Assembly: GCA_963723125.1 (NCBI GenBank)
Contig: CAVRPQ010000004.1
Location: 230,644 to 294,643 of the forward strand
Length of the DNA stretch: 64,000 nucleotides
Origin: an uncultured bacterium
GTDB lineage: Bacteria; Verrucomicrobiota; Verrucomicrobiia; Limisphaerales; UBA11358
Reading direction: 5' to 3'
Part shown: positions 19,342-27,744 of the stretch, one piece after another
How the letters are laid out: each line of letters begins with the position of its first letter
Numbering within the stretch: position 1 is the first letter of the stretch
Notes under the pieces: generated by a model
What the model saw: only the letters and a program-made list of their open reading frames with translations
What the model was told of the DNA's origin: nothing
The model's database searches: none
Made by a program: the position numbers and the translations under genes

Positions 19342-22300
19342 TCACTGAGCCACGGCCCGATAAAACCGCGCCGCCCCACCGCTCGTGCTGTCGGTCACCG
19401 TGATCGTCCCACCGGTTCCGGAAATGTTACTGGCACCGGCCAACGCCTGCCAACTGGCCGGGTTCAAACTGGTGCTGTAATACACATAATACGTATACCC
19501 GCTTGTGGTCGGGACTTTGATCGAAACCACACCACCGCTGACTGATGCACTCAACGAGAACGAAGGCGCAGGCGCAGTATACGGCACAAACATGTAGAAG
19601 TGCGCGTTTATGCTTCCCGTCGCGCTTCCCGGCGGCGCCGTCACTTTCAGCGTTTGGACTCCACTCAGCGATTCCACCACATTGGTGCCGTTATTCATCA
19701 ACGGCACCCAATGCCACGATTGGAATCCGTTGGCATTGGCATCCGAGAACGTGCCCAAAGTTTGGGTCGTTTGGCTCATCGTCCCTCGGCCCGCAGTCAC
19801 CAGGCTCATTGTCGCATTGGTGTAGGGTCCGCCATTGGCCAGCCGCCCATAGATAACGTAGCTGTTGCTCGGGAAGGTACGCGTATAATTCAGCCATGTC
19901 CCCGGCGGCCACCAAGCCACATCAAAGTCCGTATTGGTCGTTGGCACAGCCTCATTGGGTACGTCCTCAAAGGGCGGCACTGCGCTTGCACCCTCGTTAA
20001 TCAACTTGTCTCGCAGAAAATCGAGGTTGGTTTCCGTGCCTACGGCGGGATTACCGCCAGGGCTAGTGGCACCGCCATCAAACCGGTAGAGGTACGTCTC
20101 AGCCGTCGTTACGTTCGTCGTGCTGAAATCCTCACCGTACACCGCGGCATTGGCAAAATTGTTGCCAGGATAGCCGTAATAACTGTTGGTGGCCGCAGCG
20201 GTAGTGGCAGTCTCAAGGGGATTATCAATCCACACGCCCCCATTGAAATCGAAATCCCCGGCCTCGATCATGAAGTTGGTCTGACTGAACGTGTCGAAGG
20301 TTCCCGTGACACCGTTGGACAAGCCATTGTTATCCACCGCACTGATGGCGAAGGCTACGCTTGGCTGGTTGGCAACCGCATTTAAGGGAACACTGACGGT
20401 CCAATTCGAGCTACTGCCCGTGAAGGTTTCCGGAGCCGAGACCCCATTAATGTAAGTTTGGATGTTGTTTGACGCAACGGTGCTGATCAAAGAACTGACC
20501 GTGAAGGTCAGCCTGTTGGTGCTGACAAACACATTCTGGCCCGGAGTCAGAATCGCCGGGTTGAAATTTTTGAGGTTCGGAGGCAATCCCAGAGTGGGGA
20601 TTGGAACAAATACGAAATCGATCAGATTGCAACCGAGGCCGCTTATGACTTGCAGCGTCTGCTGTCCCGATGGCAGGTTCACAACGGTCGGATTGAGACC
20701 GCTGGCGTCCGAGCCTAGCGGGACCCAAAAATACTGGCCCCAATTATCCACCCAACCGGGCGTCGCAGCATTCAAGACAAAATACCCGAGATTGGTGGTC
20801 GTAAACGTCGCCGTACCGGCCCCCGTGGTCACAAGTTGCAGAGTTTCAGAACCCCCATTCGGCCCATTGCCATAGGACATGCGGGCATAGATCAGATAAT
20901 AACCGCCGTTGGGATAAGGATTCCGGGTGTACATGAACCAATTGCCGGCATTGTTGTAGGCTATATTGACATTGTAGATCGCGGAATTGCTTTGCGCTAT
21001 GTACAATGGCAAATTGGGATCGCTGGCCACCTGCCAGGCCGTGTCGGTATTACGGTCTGGATAACTGGGAATCAGATTCACGCCATTCCCCGGAAGAGCG
21101 CCACCGGATAAGATGTCATAGTCAGTGCCGGGTGTGCCAAGCAGTCCAAAATAAGTGTTTGGCCCCGCCGCGTTGGTGGGTATCGGGTTTTGAATGAACT
21201 GGCCGCCATTATAGTTGTAGTCTTCCGCCGGGACGACGTAATCGTTGGGAGAGAACGTATCGAAGCTGGAGCTGGCGCTGGAAATCAAGCCGGCGCTGTT
21301 GTTGACCGTCATGCTCATCGTATAAAGAGTGTTGGAGCTCAAACCCGGCAACGTCACGAGCCAGTTGGTGCTGGTCCCGGAAAATGTAAGCTTGCTCGAT
21401 ACGGAAACGCCATTTTCCACCACCTGTATTGCATTGGTCGCGACGGTGGTTCCGGTACTCGACACAACGTTGAACGTGAAATTGGTGTTGGCAATATTAA
21501 ACAACTGCCCGCCGCTCGGCGTTATATTGCTGATGGTGGCCGGCTGAAATCCGCTGAGCTGGTTCAAGGTGCAATTATCCCAGTGAGGTGCTCCCGAAGA
21601 GTAGCTGGTCTGGCATAGATTCAAACTAAATTGCACATATGCCGTTCCCGCCGGGGCGGTCATGACGCCACTGGGTATTGAATTTGTAGGCCCTGGCGAT
21701 GCAGCTCCCACGGTGTTTGTATCCGGATCGCCGTTTGCCACGATTGTGGCCGGGTTATATGCATTGGTCACCGGCACATCGAACCAATTCAGATAGACGT
21801 TGGTTCCGCTGGTGCTTACAGCTCCGCTGGACGCCAAATTGTGAACGAGCGCGGGATTAATGATGCCTGACTTGTAATCCGCCAGGATGACGTTGGCTGA
21901 ACTCAGGAATTGCACCTCAACCCATCCGTCTTCGTAGTAAGCAGCACTGCCACCCGCAGTGTAGGTAGCGTCATTGTTCGCAAACAAACCGGAGCCGCCA
22001 CTGATATCGTCGCCCCCCTCACCGGCAGGAGCGTTTGAAACAAACTGCGAAAACCAGGCATCCGCGGAATAGGTGTAACCGGGGGCGGCAGCTATCTTCT
22101 GATAGACATACGAAATATAAGTGTTAGGCGCGGCGCCGTTTCCATACAAGCCCTGCTGCCACAATGAATTCGGCGGACTGAGAACCAGTCCGCTATTCAC
22201 AGCCCAACTCCAGCTTTCGGTGGTGACAGCCGACCATCCTGTAAAGCCTGGGGTAGCGTCAAAACCGGGGTTGGACAGGACATTCACTGCCTGGCTTCTG

Positions 22301-22407
22301 AAAGCAAAGCAGAGCGCAACCGCGGCACAAGCTGCCAAAACGAATCTACTGATCTGAGTGACTAGCGGGATTCTTGCTGTCTGACGGAATATTTCGGGCT
22401 TTTTCAT
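19342..22407 (-). CDS. Secreted multi-CBM (lectin-like) protein with no recognisable catalytic domain and a C-terminal FYR module
   Basis: It has a signal peptide and a CBM4/9-like N-terminal jelly roll (VLSNPGFDATPGFTGW...). An internally duplicated Ig-like plus CBM6-like unit follows (AEDYNYNGGQF... and IEAGDFDFNGGVW...). The tail is ...ARFYRAVAQ. Confidence 0.6.
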   Translation of the reverse strand: MKKPEIFRQTARIPLVTQISRFVLAACAAVALCFAFRSQAVNVLSNPGFDATPGFTGWSAVTTESWSWAVNSGLVLSPPNSLWQQGLYGNGAAPNTYISYVYQKIAAAPGYTYSADAWFSQFVSNAPAGEGGDDISGGSGLFANNDATYTAGGSAAYYEDGWVEVQFLSSANVILADYKSGIINPALVHNLASSGAVSTSGTNVYLNWFDVPVTNAYNPATIVANGDPDTNTVGAASPGPTNSIPSGVMTAPAGTAYVQFSLNLCQTSYSSGAPHWDNCTLNQLSGFQPATISNITPSGGQLFNIANTNFTFNVVSSTGTTVATNAIQVVENGVSVSSKLTFSGTSTNWLVTLPGLSSNTLYTMSMTVNNSAGLISSASSSFDTFSPNDYVVPAEDYNYNGGQFIQNPIPTNAAGPNTYFGLLGTPGTDYDILSGGALPGNGVNLIPSYPDRNTDTAWQVASDPNLPLYIAQSNSAIYNVNIAYNNAGNWFMYTRNPYPNGGYYLIYARMSYGNGPNGGSETLQLVTTGAGTATFTTTNLGYFVLNAATPGWVDNWGQYFWVPLGSDASGLNPTVVNLPSGQQTLQVISGLGCNLIDFVFVPIPTLGLPPNLKNFNPAILTPGQNVFVSTNRLTFTVSSLISTVASNNIQTYINGVSAPETFTGSSSNWTVSVPLNAVANQPSVAFAISAVDNNGLSNGVTGTFDTFSQTNFMIEAGDFDFNGGVWIDNPLETATTAAATNSYYGYPGNNFANAAVYGEDFSTTNVTTAETYLYRFDGGATSPGGNPAVGTETNLDFLRDKLINEGASAVPPFEDVPNEAVPTTNTDFDVAWWPPGTWLNYTRTFPSNSYVIYGRLANGGPYTNATMSLVTAGRGTMSQTTQTLGTFSDANANGFQSWHWVPLMNNGTNVVESLSGVQTLKVTAPPGSATGSINAHFYMFVPYTAPAPSFSLSASVSGGVVSIKVPTTSGYTYYVYYSTSLNPASWQALAGASNISGTGGTITVTDSTSGGAARFYRAVAQ

Positions 22408-22939
22408 ATCGTCATTAGGTTTGTTTGGTTATTGTTAACAAATATTCGCAACTTTCTATTCGATAAAAAGACGTAACACTTCGTGGAATCTGTATTTTGC
22501 TACATTGTGTTACTTATTTTATTAAATGTCAACATTTCTTTTACAAAATCATTCTAAGTAATTTACAATGACATAAAACCGAATGTGTTTCAATCTCAAA
22601 TTAAAGCACCCAAGAGGTTCTTGAGACAACCCGCTTTTTGTCGAAAACCGCTCTCAGATTGTGAAAACTGCCTCGAAAGTGAATGTCGGATTGATTCAAA
22701 ACCGCTCATGATTCAATAAATTTCCTCATAGAATGGATTACAATAGAATGCCCGAGACGGTTGTTCCCAAGGCAGCAGTACCCCAAAAGCGAGTGGAGAA
22801 CACCACTTCATCATCCCAAGGCCAAACCTGTTGAATTCAGCTCCTTTCTTGCCCCCCTTAAGGTTAGTAATACAGTTTTATATGGGTCTAATCATTTCAA
22901 ACCAATCCTCGGCGCGCCCGCTTGGATGCACCTTGCGCA

Positions 22940-23300
22940 TCACTTGTCCGAATGGCTTGCGATTGGGAGATTTGACTCTGAATTCCCACTTGATTTGACC
23001 AAGGGTTGGATGGATTCAATTTCCTGCCGGGCTGACGCGTTTGAGGAGTCAAGTTGCAAGACCGCACGGAACCCGGCAAGCACCGGGGCGGGTCTTTTTT
23101 GTGCGGCCAGGGTTATTCCCAGATATAAATGGAGCGGGGCAAAATCCGGCCGGTAATGAATCGCCGCCCTGAATTCTTTCTGTGCTTCAGCGTTTTCCCC
23201 GCTGTCAGCCAACTGAATTCCCAGCAGGTAATGAGCCTGTCAAAATTCCGGCTTCGTTTTGACAACCGCTTGCAGGCAAGGCGCTTTTAGAACAATCAGT
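22940..23300 (-). pseudogene. Remnant of a TPR/SGNH gene (3' end only; paralog of 24356..26782)
   Basis: QAHYLLGIQLADSGENAEAQKEFRAAIHYRPDFAPLHLYLGITLAAQKRP... parallels the last ~110 aa of the intact gene. There is an in-frame TGA where the intact copy has W (PDFWQAHY versus PEF*QAHY), and the remnant has no 5' part. Confidence 0.65.
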
Positions 23301-23375
23301 TAGAACTGCTCAAAAAAAAGAGCTGTCATCTTGATCGCTCCAGGACATCTTAGCTATTGTTTATACGAATACTTA

Positions 23376-23404
23376 TTGACATCAGCACAACTTTGTAGTA
23401 AAAA
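23376..23404 (+). promoter_or_regulatory. Putative promoter of PEP-CTERM gene 1 (TTGACA-N12-TGTAGTAAAAA)
   Basis: The sequence reads TTGACAtcagcacaacttTGTAGTAAAAA, followed by the CAATTCAGTG leader motif shared with 26934..26962. Confidence 0.4.
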
Positions 23405-23446
23405 CATTGCAATTCAGTGTTACCCAAAAAAGCAAACGACAATGTT

Positions 23447-24265
23447 ATGAAAAAATTCCCTAAAATCGTCAGTGGTGCTATCGGCATGGCAATGCTTGCA
23501 TTCGCTGTTTCAACAGTACAGGCCCAATTGATTGATGTTGATTTCAACGGCAACTCAGTCGGCGTGGATTACGGCGGCGGCGGCGTTGCTACTGGGCCGA
23601 CGATGTCCGGTGCGGCAGTTATTGGTTCCGCAGGTGACCAATGGAACGGAATCGCCGATAGTGCTTATACCTTCTCGGCTTATCCAAATGGCATAACTTC
23701 TACCGCGCTTCCTCTGATTTACTCAACCGGGATTAACTCGCCGGTTACGATGACTATCGCGACCGATGGTGGTTCATACGATGCCAACGAGCCGGTTTGG
23801 GGAAACACCAGCGCCTTTACCACTGCCGGCAGTCCGTACTCCGATCTGATGCAAGATTTGATCTACGCAAACGCTGCGGGCGGGGGGACCATTACGTTGA
23901 GCGGTCTTGCGGCAAATCAAGCCTATAACTTGGTTCTCTATAACGCGGGCGACCAAAATGTCGGCACTGGCCGTGCCACCAGTTTCACGGTCAACGGTGT
24001 TACCCAGAGCAGTACGTGGGATGGCTTAACCAGCACGTTGGTCGCAGGGGTTGACTATGTTAATTATGCATCAACCATGTCCGATGGTTCGGGTAACTTG
24101 GTTATTACGTTTGGACCGGGCAGTATAGCCGGAGTTTTATCCAGCGAGGGCGACTTGGATGGTTTCCAACTTGAAGTTGTGCCAGAGCCTGGCACATTGG
24201 CGCTTTTGGCTTCGGGTGCGGTTTTACTGCTTGGTTATCAGCGGCGCAAAACGTTGCGCGCGTAA
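23447..24265 (+). CDS. PEP-CTERM-anchored secreted protein with an unknown beta-rich domain shared with GH16-2
   Basis: The signal is MKKFPKIVSGAIGMAMLAFAVSTVQAQ and the C-terminus is VPEPGTLALLASGAVLLLGYQRRKTLRA. I prefer the ATG at 23447 over the track's GTG at 23417. Confidence 0.8.
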   Translation: MKKFPKIVSGAIGMAMLAFAVSTVQAQLIDVDFNGNSVGVDYGGGGVATGPTMSGAAVIGSAGDQWNGIADSAYTFSAYPNGITSTALPLIYSTGINSPVTMTIATDGGSYDANEPVWGNTSAFTTAGSPYSDLMQDLIYANAAGGGTITLSGLAANQAYNLVLYNAGDQNVGTGRATSFTVNGVTQSSTWDGLTSTLVAGVDYVNYASTMSDGSGNLVITFGPGSIAGVLSSEGDLDGFQLEVVPEPGTLALLASGAVLLLGYQRRKTLRA

Positions 24266-24287
24266 ATCCGTTCTGTTAGCTTCACTA

Positions 24288-24329
24288 CAGCCCAATCCAG
24301 CCGCCGCGTTGGATTGGGCTGTTGCTTTG
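24288..24329. terminator. Bidirectional stem-loop between convergent genes
   Basis: CAGCCCAATCCA-(10 nt)-TGGATTGGGCTG forms a 12-bp stem, followed by TTGCTTTGC. It lies between the stops at 24265 (+) and 24356 (-). Confidence 0.5.
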
Positions 24330-24355
24330 CAATCGGGCCGGTTCCTGGTACACGG

Positions 24356-26782
24356 CTATTTCGAATCGTTCTCAAGACCGTGACCCTTTGACCCCTGAAT
24401 GGTTTCGAGGTATTGCTGCGCCGAACTATTCGCCGGGTCAAGTTGTAAAACGGTGCGAAACTCGGCAAGGGCCTGAGTTGGTTTCTTTTGAGCGGCCAAG
24501 GCTATTCCCAGATATAAATGAGCCGGGGCAAAGTCCGGCCGATAATGGATCGCCTCCAAAAATTCCCTCTCTGCTTCAGCATTTTTCCCGTTGGCAGCCA
24601 ACTGAATTCCCAGCAGGTAATGAGCCTGCCAAAAGTCCGGCTTGGCTTTGACGACCGCTTGCAAGTCTGCAATGGCCTCATCCCACTGATACCTGCCGGT
24701 GGCAATGCTGGCTTGATTAAAATAATCCGCCGGACCATCCGGTTCCAAATCGCCCGCCTTTTGATAATTGGCCATCGCTGCTGCCATGTTACCCTGATCT
24801 TGCTCCAGGAAACCCAAGGCCAGATACGTCTCAACATATCTGGGATCCGATCGGATCGCCCGGTCAAACCAGCGAACCGCATCCGCCGACTTTTGTTGGT
24901 TCGCGAGAACTTCTCCCATGGCAGTTTCGGCCTGGGCGTAATCACTTTGGATTGCGACGGCGTGCAGAAAATAATTTGTCGCTTCGCAAATTTTGCCTTC
25001 GCGTACCAGCAACGTGCCGGTATAATAATATGCTGTCGGCTGGGGAACCAATTCGCAGCACCGTTTGGCTTCAGCTATGGCTTGTATCAGGTTACCGCCT
25101 ATTTCCAAAAAACCTTCAAAATTCACATGCAGGTGGAAGTCATCCGGGTCCATTGCCAGTGCCTGCTCATAAATCTGCCGGGCCTGCTCGGGCGTTTGGG
25201 TGTTCATCATGGAGTTTGCTTCATCCAATTTCGCTTCGTAAGTGTTGAGATTTGCGGCATGGTTGAACTGTCCGGTGAACGGCGGGGACTTGATGCGTTT
25301 CAAAATAGGCTGCCAAACCCTTCGCCGGTCCCAAACGGTAACCGCAAGATGACGCTCGCACAATTCCTCCGACGCCCAATTCCCTTGGTCGCGGGCAGTA
25401 ATGAAAGTTGGAAGTAATGCTTTAATCTTTTCGCCGAAGGTAAGCGCCAGCAGATAATTACCCGCGAAATTCAGATGCACGTGTTCGTAAAAGAAATTCA
25501 ATCCTGGAATTCCGTCCTGGGAGTTTTGCGCGATAACCTGAGCGGCATCCACCAGATGGACGCCGTCTTTGGAATGCTGCGCCGCCATTTCCCGGATGGC
25601 AGAATTGATGCGCGTATCGGCTCGAAAATCGAGCGCATCATAATCTCGCGCCAGTTTAAAATCCTGCAGGGCTTGAGCCAAATTTGTCAGCGCCAGATCA
25701 CAGTTGCCCATGCGAAACTGTAATTCAGCGAACTGCGGGTCAATTTCAGCAGCCTTGCGATACAAAGCCAGGGCATTTCTGTAAGTACCGGCAGTTTCAT
25801 TTGTGACCCCTTCTGCAAAAATTTCATTCCACGTGGACAATTGATTTGTATTTAAACCGGCCGCATGGACTGAAGCAAATGGAGCGCAATCTTTCAAATT
25901 GACAGCCACCGTACTTAAAATAACCGGCACGCACGCACGGTGCGCGATGCGTAAAATGTCTTCCTGGTTTCCCCGGAAATTCGCGTAAGCGCGCAGCCGG
26001 GCCGGATCGTCATATCCAATCCGGCCATTCATGAACATCTGCATGCCGCCCCATTCTTTCGGCGTCGAGGAGCCCCCTATTAATCGTCGGATGGAATTGT
26101 CCAGCAATTGTCCGAGCCGTGTGGCCTTGATGGCTATGATAGCACGGATAACTCCAAGAGGCGGTGCCGGCAGTCCGAGAGCCGTTTCTGCGCCAAAAGG
26201 AGGCGGCGCCTTGTTCGCGCCCGTGAAATCAGAGGCGAACGGAACCATCTTGATTGCGCCAAAAGGGCCGACCATTTCATTGTTACCCATGTAAATGACC
26301 CACAAATCCCCCTGATGCCGGGCACAATCCCGTGCAATCGGCAGGATGACGTTTGAATCAATCGCCGTAATGGCCACGCAAATCACTTCAAAGTGAATTC
26401 CGGGATAACGTTCGTGCAGCAAGGCTTGCAGGTATCGGCTCATACCATAACTCGAATCCGGGTCTCCCAAAGCGGCCGATTCACCAAACAAAAATATCCG
26501 ATAGGTATTGGTTGATTTCTTTGCAGTGAATCGAAATGTTGGGATTGTGCGAGCGATGGCCGGCGGAAAGAACCGGGAACTGAACCTTTCATTCGGAACA
26601 TAAAAATCCCGCCCGTCAATCCGAATTCGGCTGAAAAAACCGGTGTCGCAGCCATATCCACCCAGACGAAGTCCAAGTTCAATACCGCCCAAAACGAGCA
26701 AGGGAATGAAAATCATCGCAAAAAAGCGCATCAACCAAAGGCGACACTTTGAATTTTGCATCGTGCCAGTCATCGGGGTCAT
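24356..26782 (-). CDS. Membrane-anchored TPR-repeat protein with an N-terminal SGNH/GDSL-hydrolase-like domain
   Basis: It has an N-terminal TM segment, then YRIFLFGESAALGD...WVIYMGNNEMVGPFG (SGNH-like blocks). The C-terminal half contains many 34-aa TPR units. Confidence 0.75.
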   Translation of the reverse strand: MTPMTGTMQNSKCRLWLMRFFAMIFIPLLVLGGIELGLRLGGYGCDTGFFSRIRIDGRDFYVPNERFSSRFFPPAIARTIPTFRFTAKKSTNTYRIFLFGESAALGDPDSSYGMSRYLQALLHERYPGIHFEVICVAITAIDSNVILPIARDCARHQGDLWVIYMGNNEMVGPFGAIKMVPFASDFTGANKAPPPFGAETALGLPAPPLGVIRAIIAIKATRLGQLLDNSIRRLIGGSSTPKEWGGMQMFMNGRIGYDDPARLRAYANFRGNQEDILRIAHRACVPVILSTVAVNLKDCAPFASVHAAGLNTNQLSTWNEIFAEGVTNETAGTYRNALALYRKAAEIDPQFAELQFRMGNCDLALTNLAQALQDFKLARDYDALDFRADTRINSAIREMAAQHSKDGVHLVDAAQVIAQNSQDGIPGLNFFYEHVHLNFAGNYLLALTFGEKIKALLPTFITARDQGNWASEELCERHLAVTVWDRRRVWQPILKRIKSPPFTGQFNHAANLNTYEAKLDEANSMMNTQTPEQARQIYEQALAMDPDDFHLHVNFEGFLEIGGNLIQAIAEAKRCCELVPQPTAYYYTGTLLVREGKICEATNYFLHAVAIQSDYAQAETAMGEVLANQQKSADAVRWFDRAIRSDPRYVETYLALGFLEQDQGNMAAAMANYQKAGDLEPDGPADYFNQASIATGRYQWDEAIADLQAVVKAKPDFWQAHYLLGIQLAANGKNAEAEREFLEAIHYRPDFAPAHLYLGIALAAQKKPTQALAEFRTVLQLDPANSSAQQYLETIQGSKGHGLENDSK

Positions 26783-26933
26783 TTGCTAAACATTGCTTAA
26801 AAAACAATGTTTTACATTACAACAACGTTTGAATTAAAGAAACAGGGCCAAAAATGATTAAAACACATAATTGGTTGTAACAACCTCAGAATTAAGCGGT
26901 TTCTAAAATCCCTCCCTTCTCTAACAAAAGCCC

Positions 26934-26962
26934 TTGACACAATCAATAAAATGTAGTACAAA
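26934..26962 (+). promoter_or_regulatory. Putative promoter of PEP-CTERM gene 2 (TTGACA-N12-TGTAGTACAAA)
   Basis: The sequence reads TTGACAcaatcaataaaaTGTAGTACAAA, followed by CAATTCAGCG. Confidence 0.4.
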
Positions 26963-27020
26963 TAATCACAATTCAGCGCAAGCTATAAACACAGAGTAAC
27001 CACAGAAACGTAAAATCATT

Positions 27021-27671
27021 ATGAAAATGCTCCCTAAAGTTATCACTGGTGCTATCGGCGTAGTCGCAGCACTTGCAGTCAGCGCACAGGCCCAGGTCAT
27101 TGTGGATCCAAATTTTAATGGTCCCTACACCGCAAACCCGATAACCGTTGCGGGCGTCAACCAGGGTTGGGCACCCTTCAGTGCGGGCCTGATAGCCACA
27201 ACGCCCACCTACAATGGGGCTGCGAATTCCTTGGGCTTGGCCTTGGGTGCCCAGGATAACTGGGGTACTCCAGGCGCCTATCAAATAGACACTGGCGTTA
27301 CTCCGGGCCAAACGTATACGTTCAGTGTGTGGGCTTACCAGACAGCGAGTTTCACAACGGCGGGTGGGCTTGTTCAGCTTGGCTTTGAAAATTCCGCTTT
27401 GGGTGGTATAAGCACTGTGGAGAACCCAGGCAATACCGTTGGGATAACGGTAAACGGGCCAGTCGATGTCTGGACCGAATATTCTGTTTCGGCGACAGTG
27501 CCCGCAGGAGACTCAGACGCCGTAGTGTATCTCATGGCGCAGGATTATAATAACCCGGATCCGGTAGCTATTTATTATGACGGTGCTTCCCTGGTGCCTG
27601 AACCTGCCACCATTGCTCTTTTGGGCATGGGCTTGGCCCTTCCGCTCTACTTGATCCGTCGTCGCAAGTAA
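27021..27671 (+). CDS. PEP-CTERM-anchored CBM4/9-like protein
   Basis: The signal is MKMLPKVITGAIGVVAALAVSAQAQ, followed by VIVDPNFNG...GWAPFS. The C-terminus is VPEPATIALLGMGLALPLYLIRRRK. Confidence 0.8.
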   Translation: MKMLPKVITGAIGVVAALAVSAQAQVIVDPNFNGPYTANPITVAGVNQGWAPFSAGLIATTPTYNGAANSLGLALGAQDNWGTPGAYQIDTGVTPGQTYTFSVWAYQTASFTTAGGLVQLGFENSALGGISTVENPGNTVGITVNGPVDVWTEYSVSATVPAGDSDAVVYLMAQDYNNPDPVAIYYDGASLVPEPATIALLGMGLALPLYLIRRRK

Positions 27672-27694
27672 TTGATTAGTTTTAGGTTTGATAA

Positions 27695-27728
27695 AAGCCA
27701 CTCGAGCAGTCGAGTGGCTTCTTTTTTG
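27695..27728 (+). terminator. Rho-independent terminator
   Basis: AAGCCACTCGA-GCAG-TCGAGTGGCTT forms an 11-bp perfect stem, followed by CTTTTTTGG. Confidence 0.7.
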
Positions 27729-27744
27729 GTGGGATGGCCGAACA

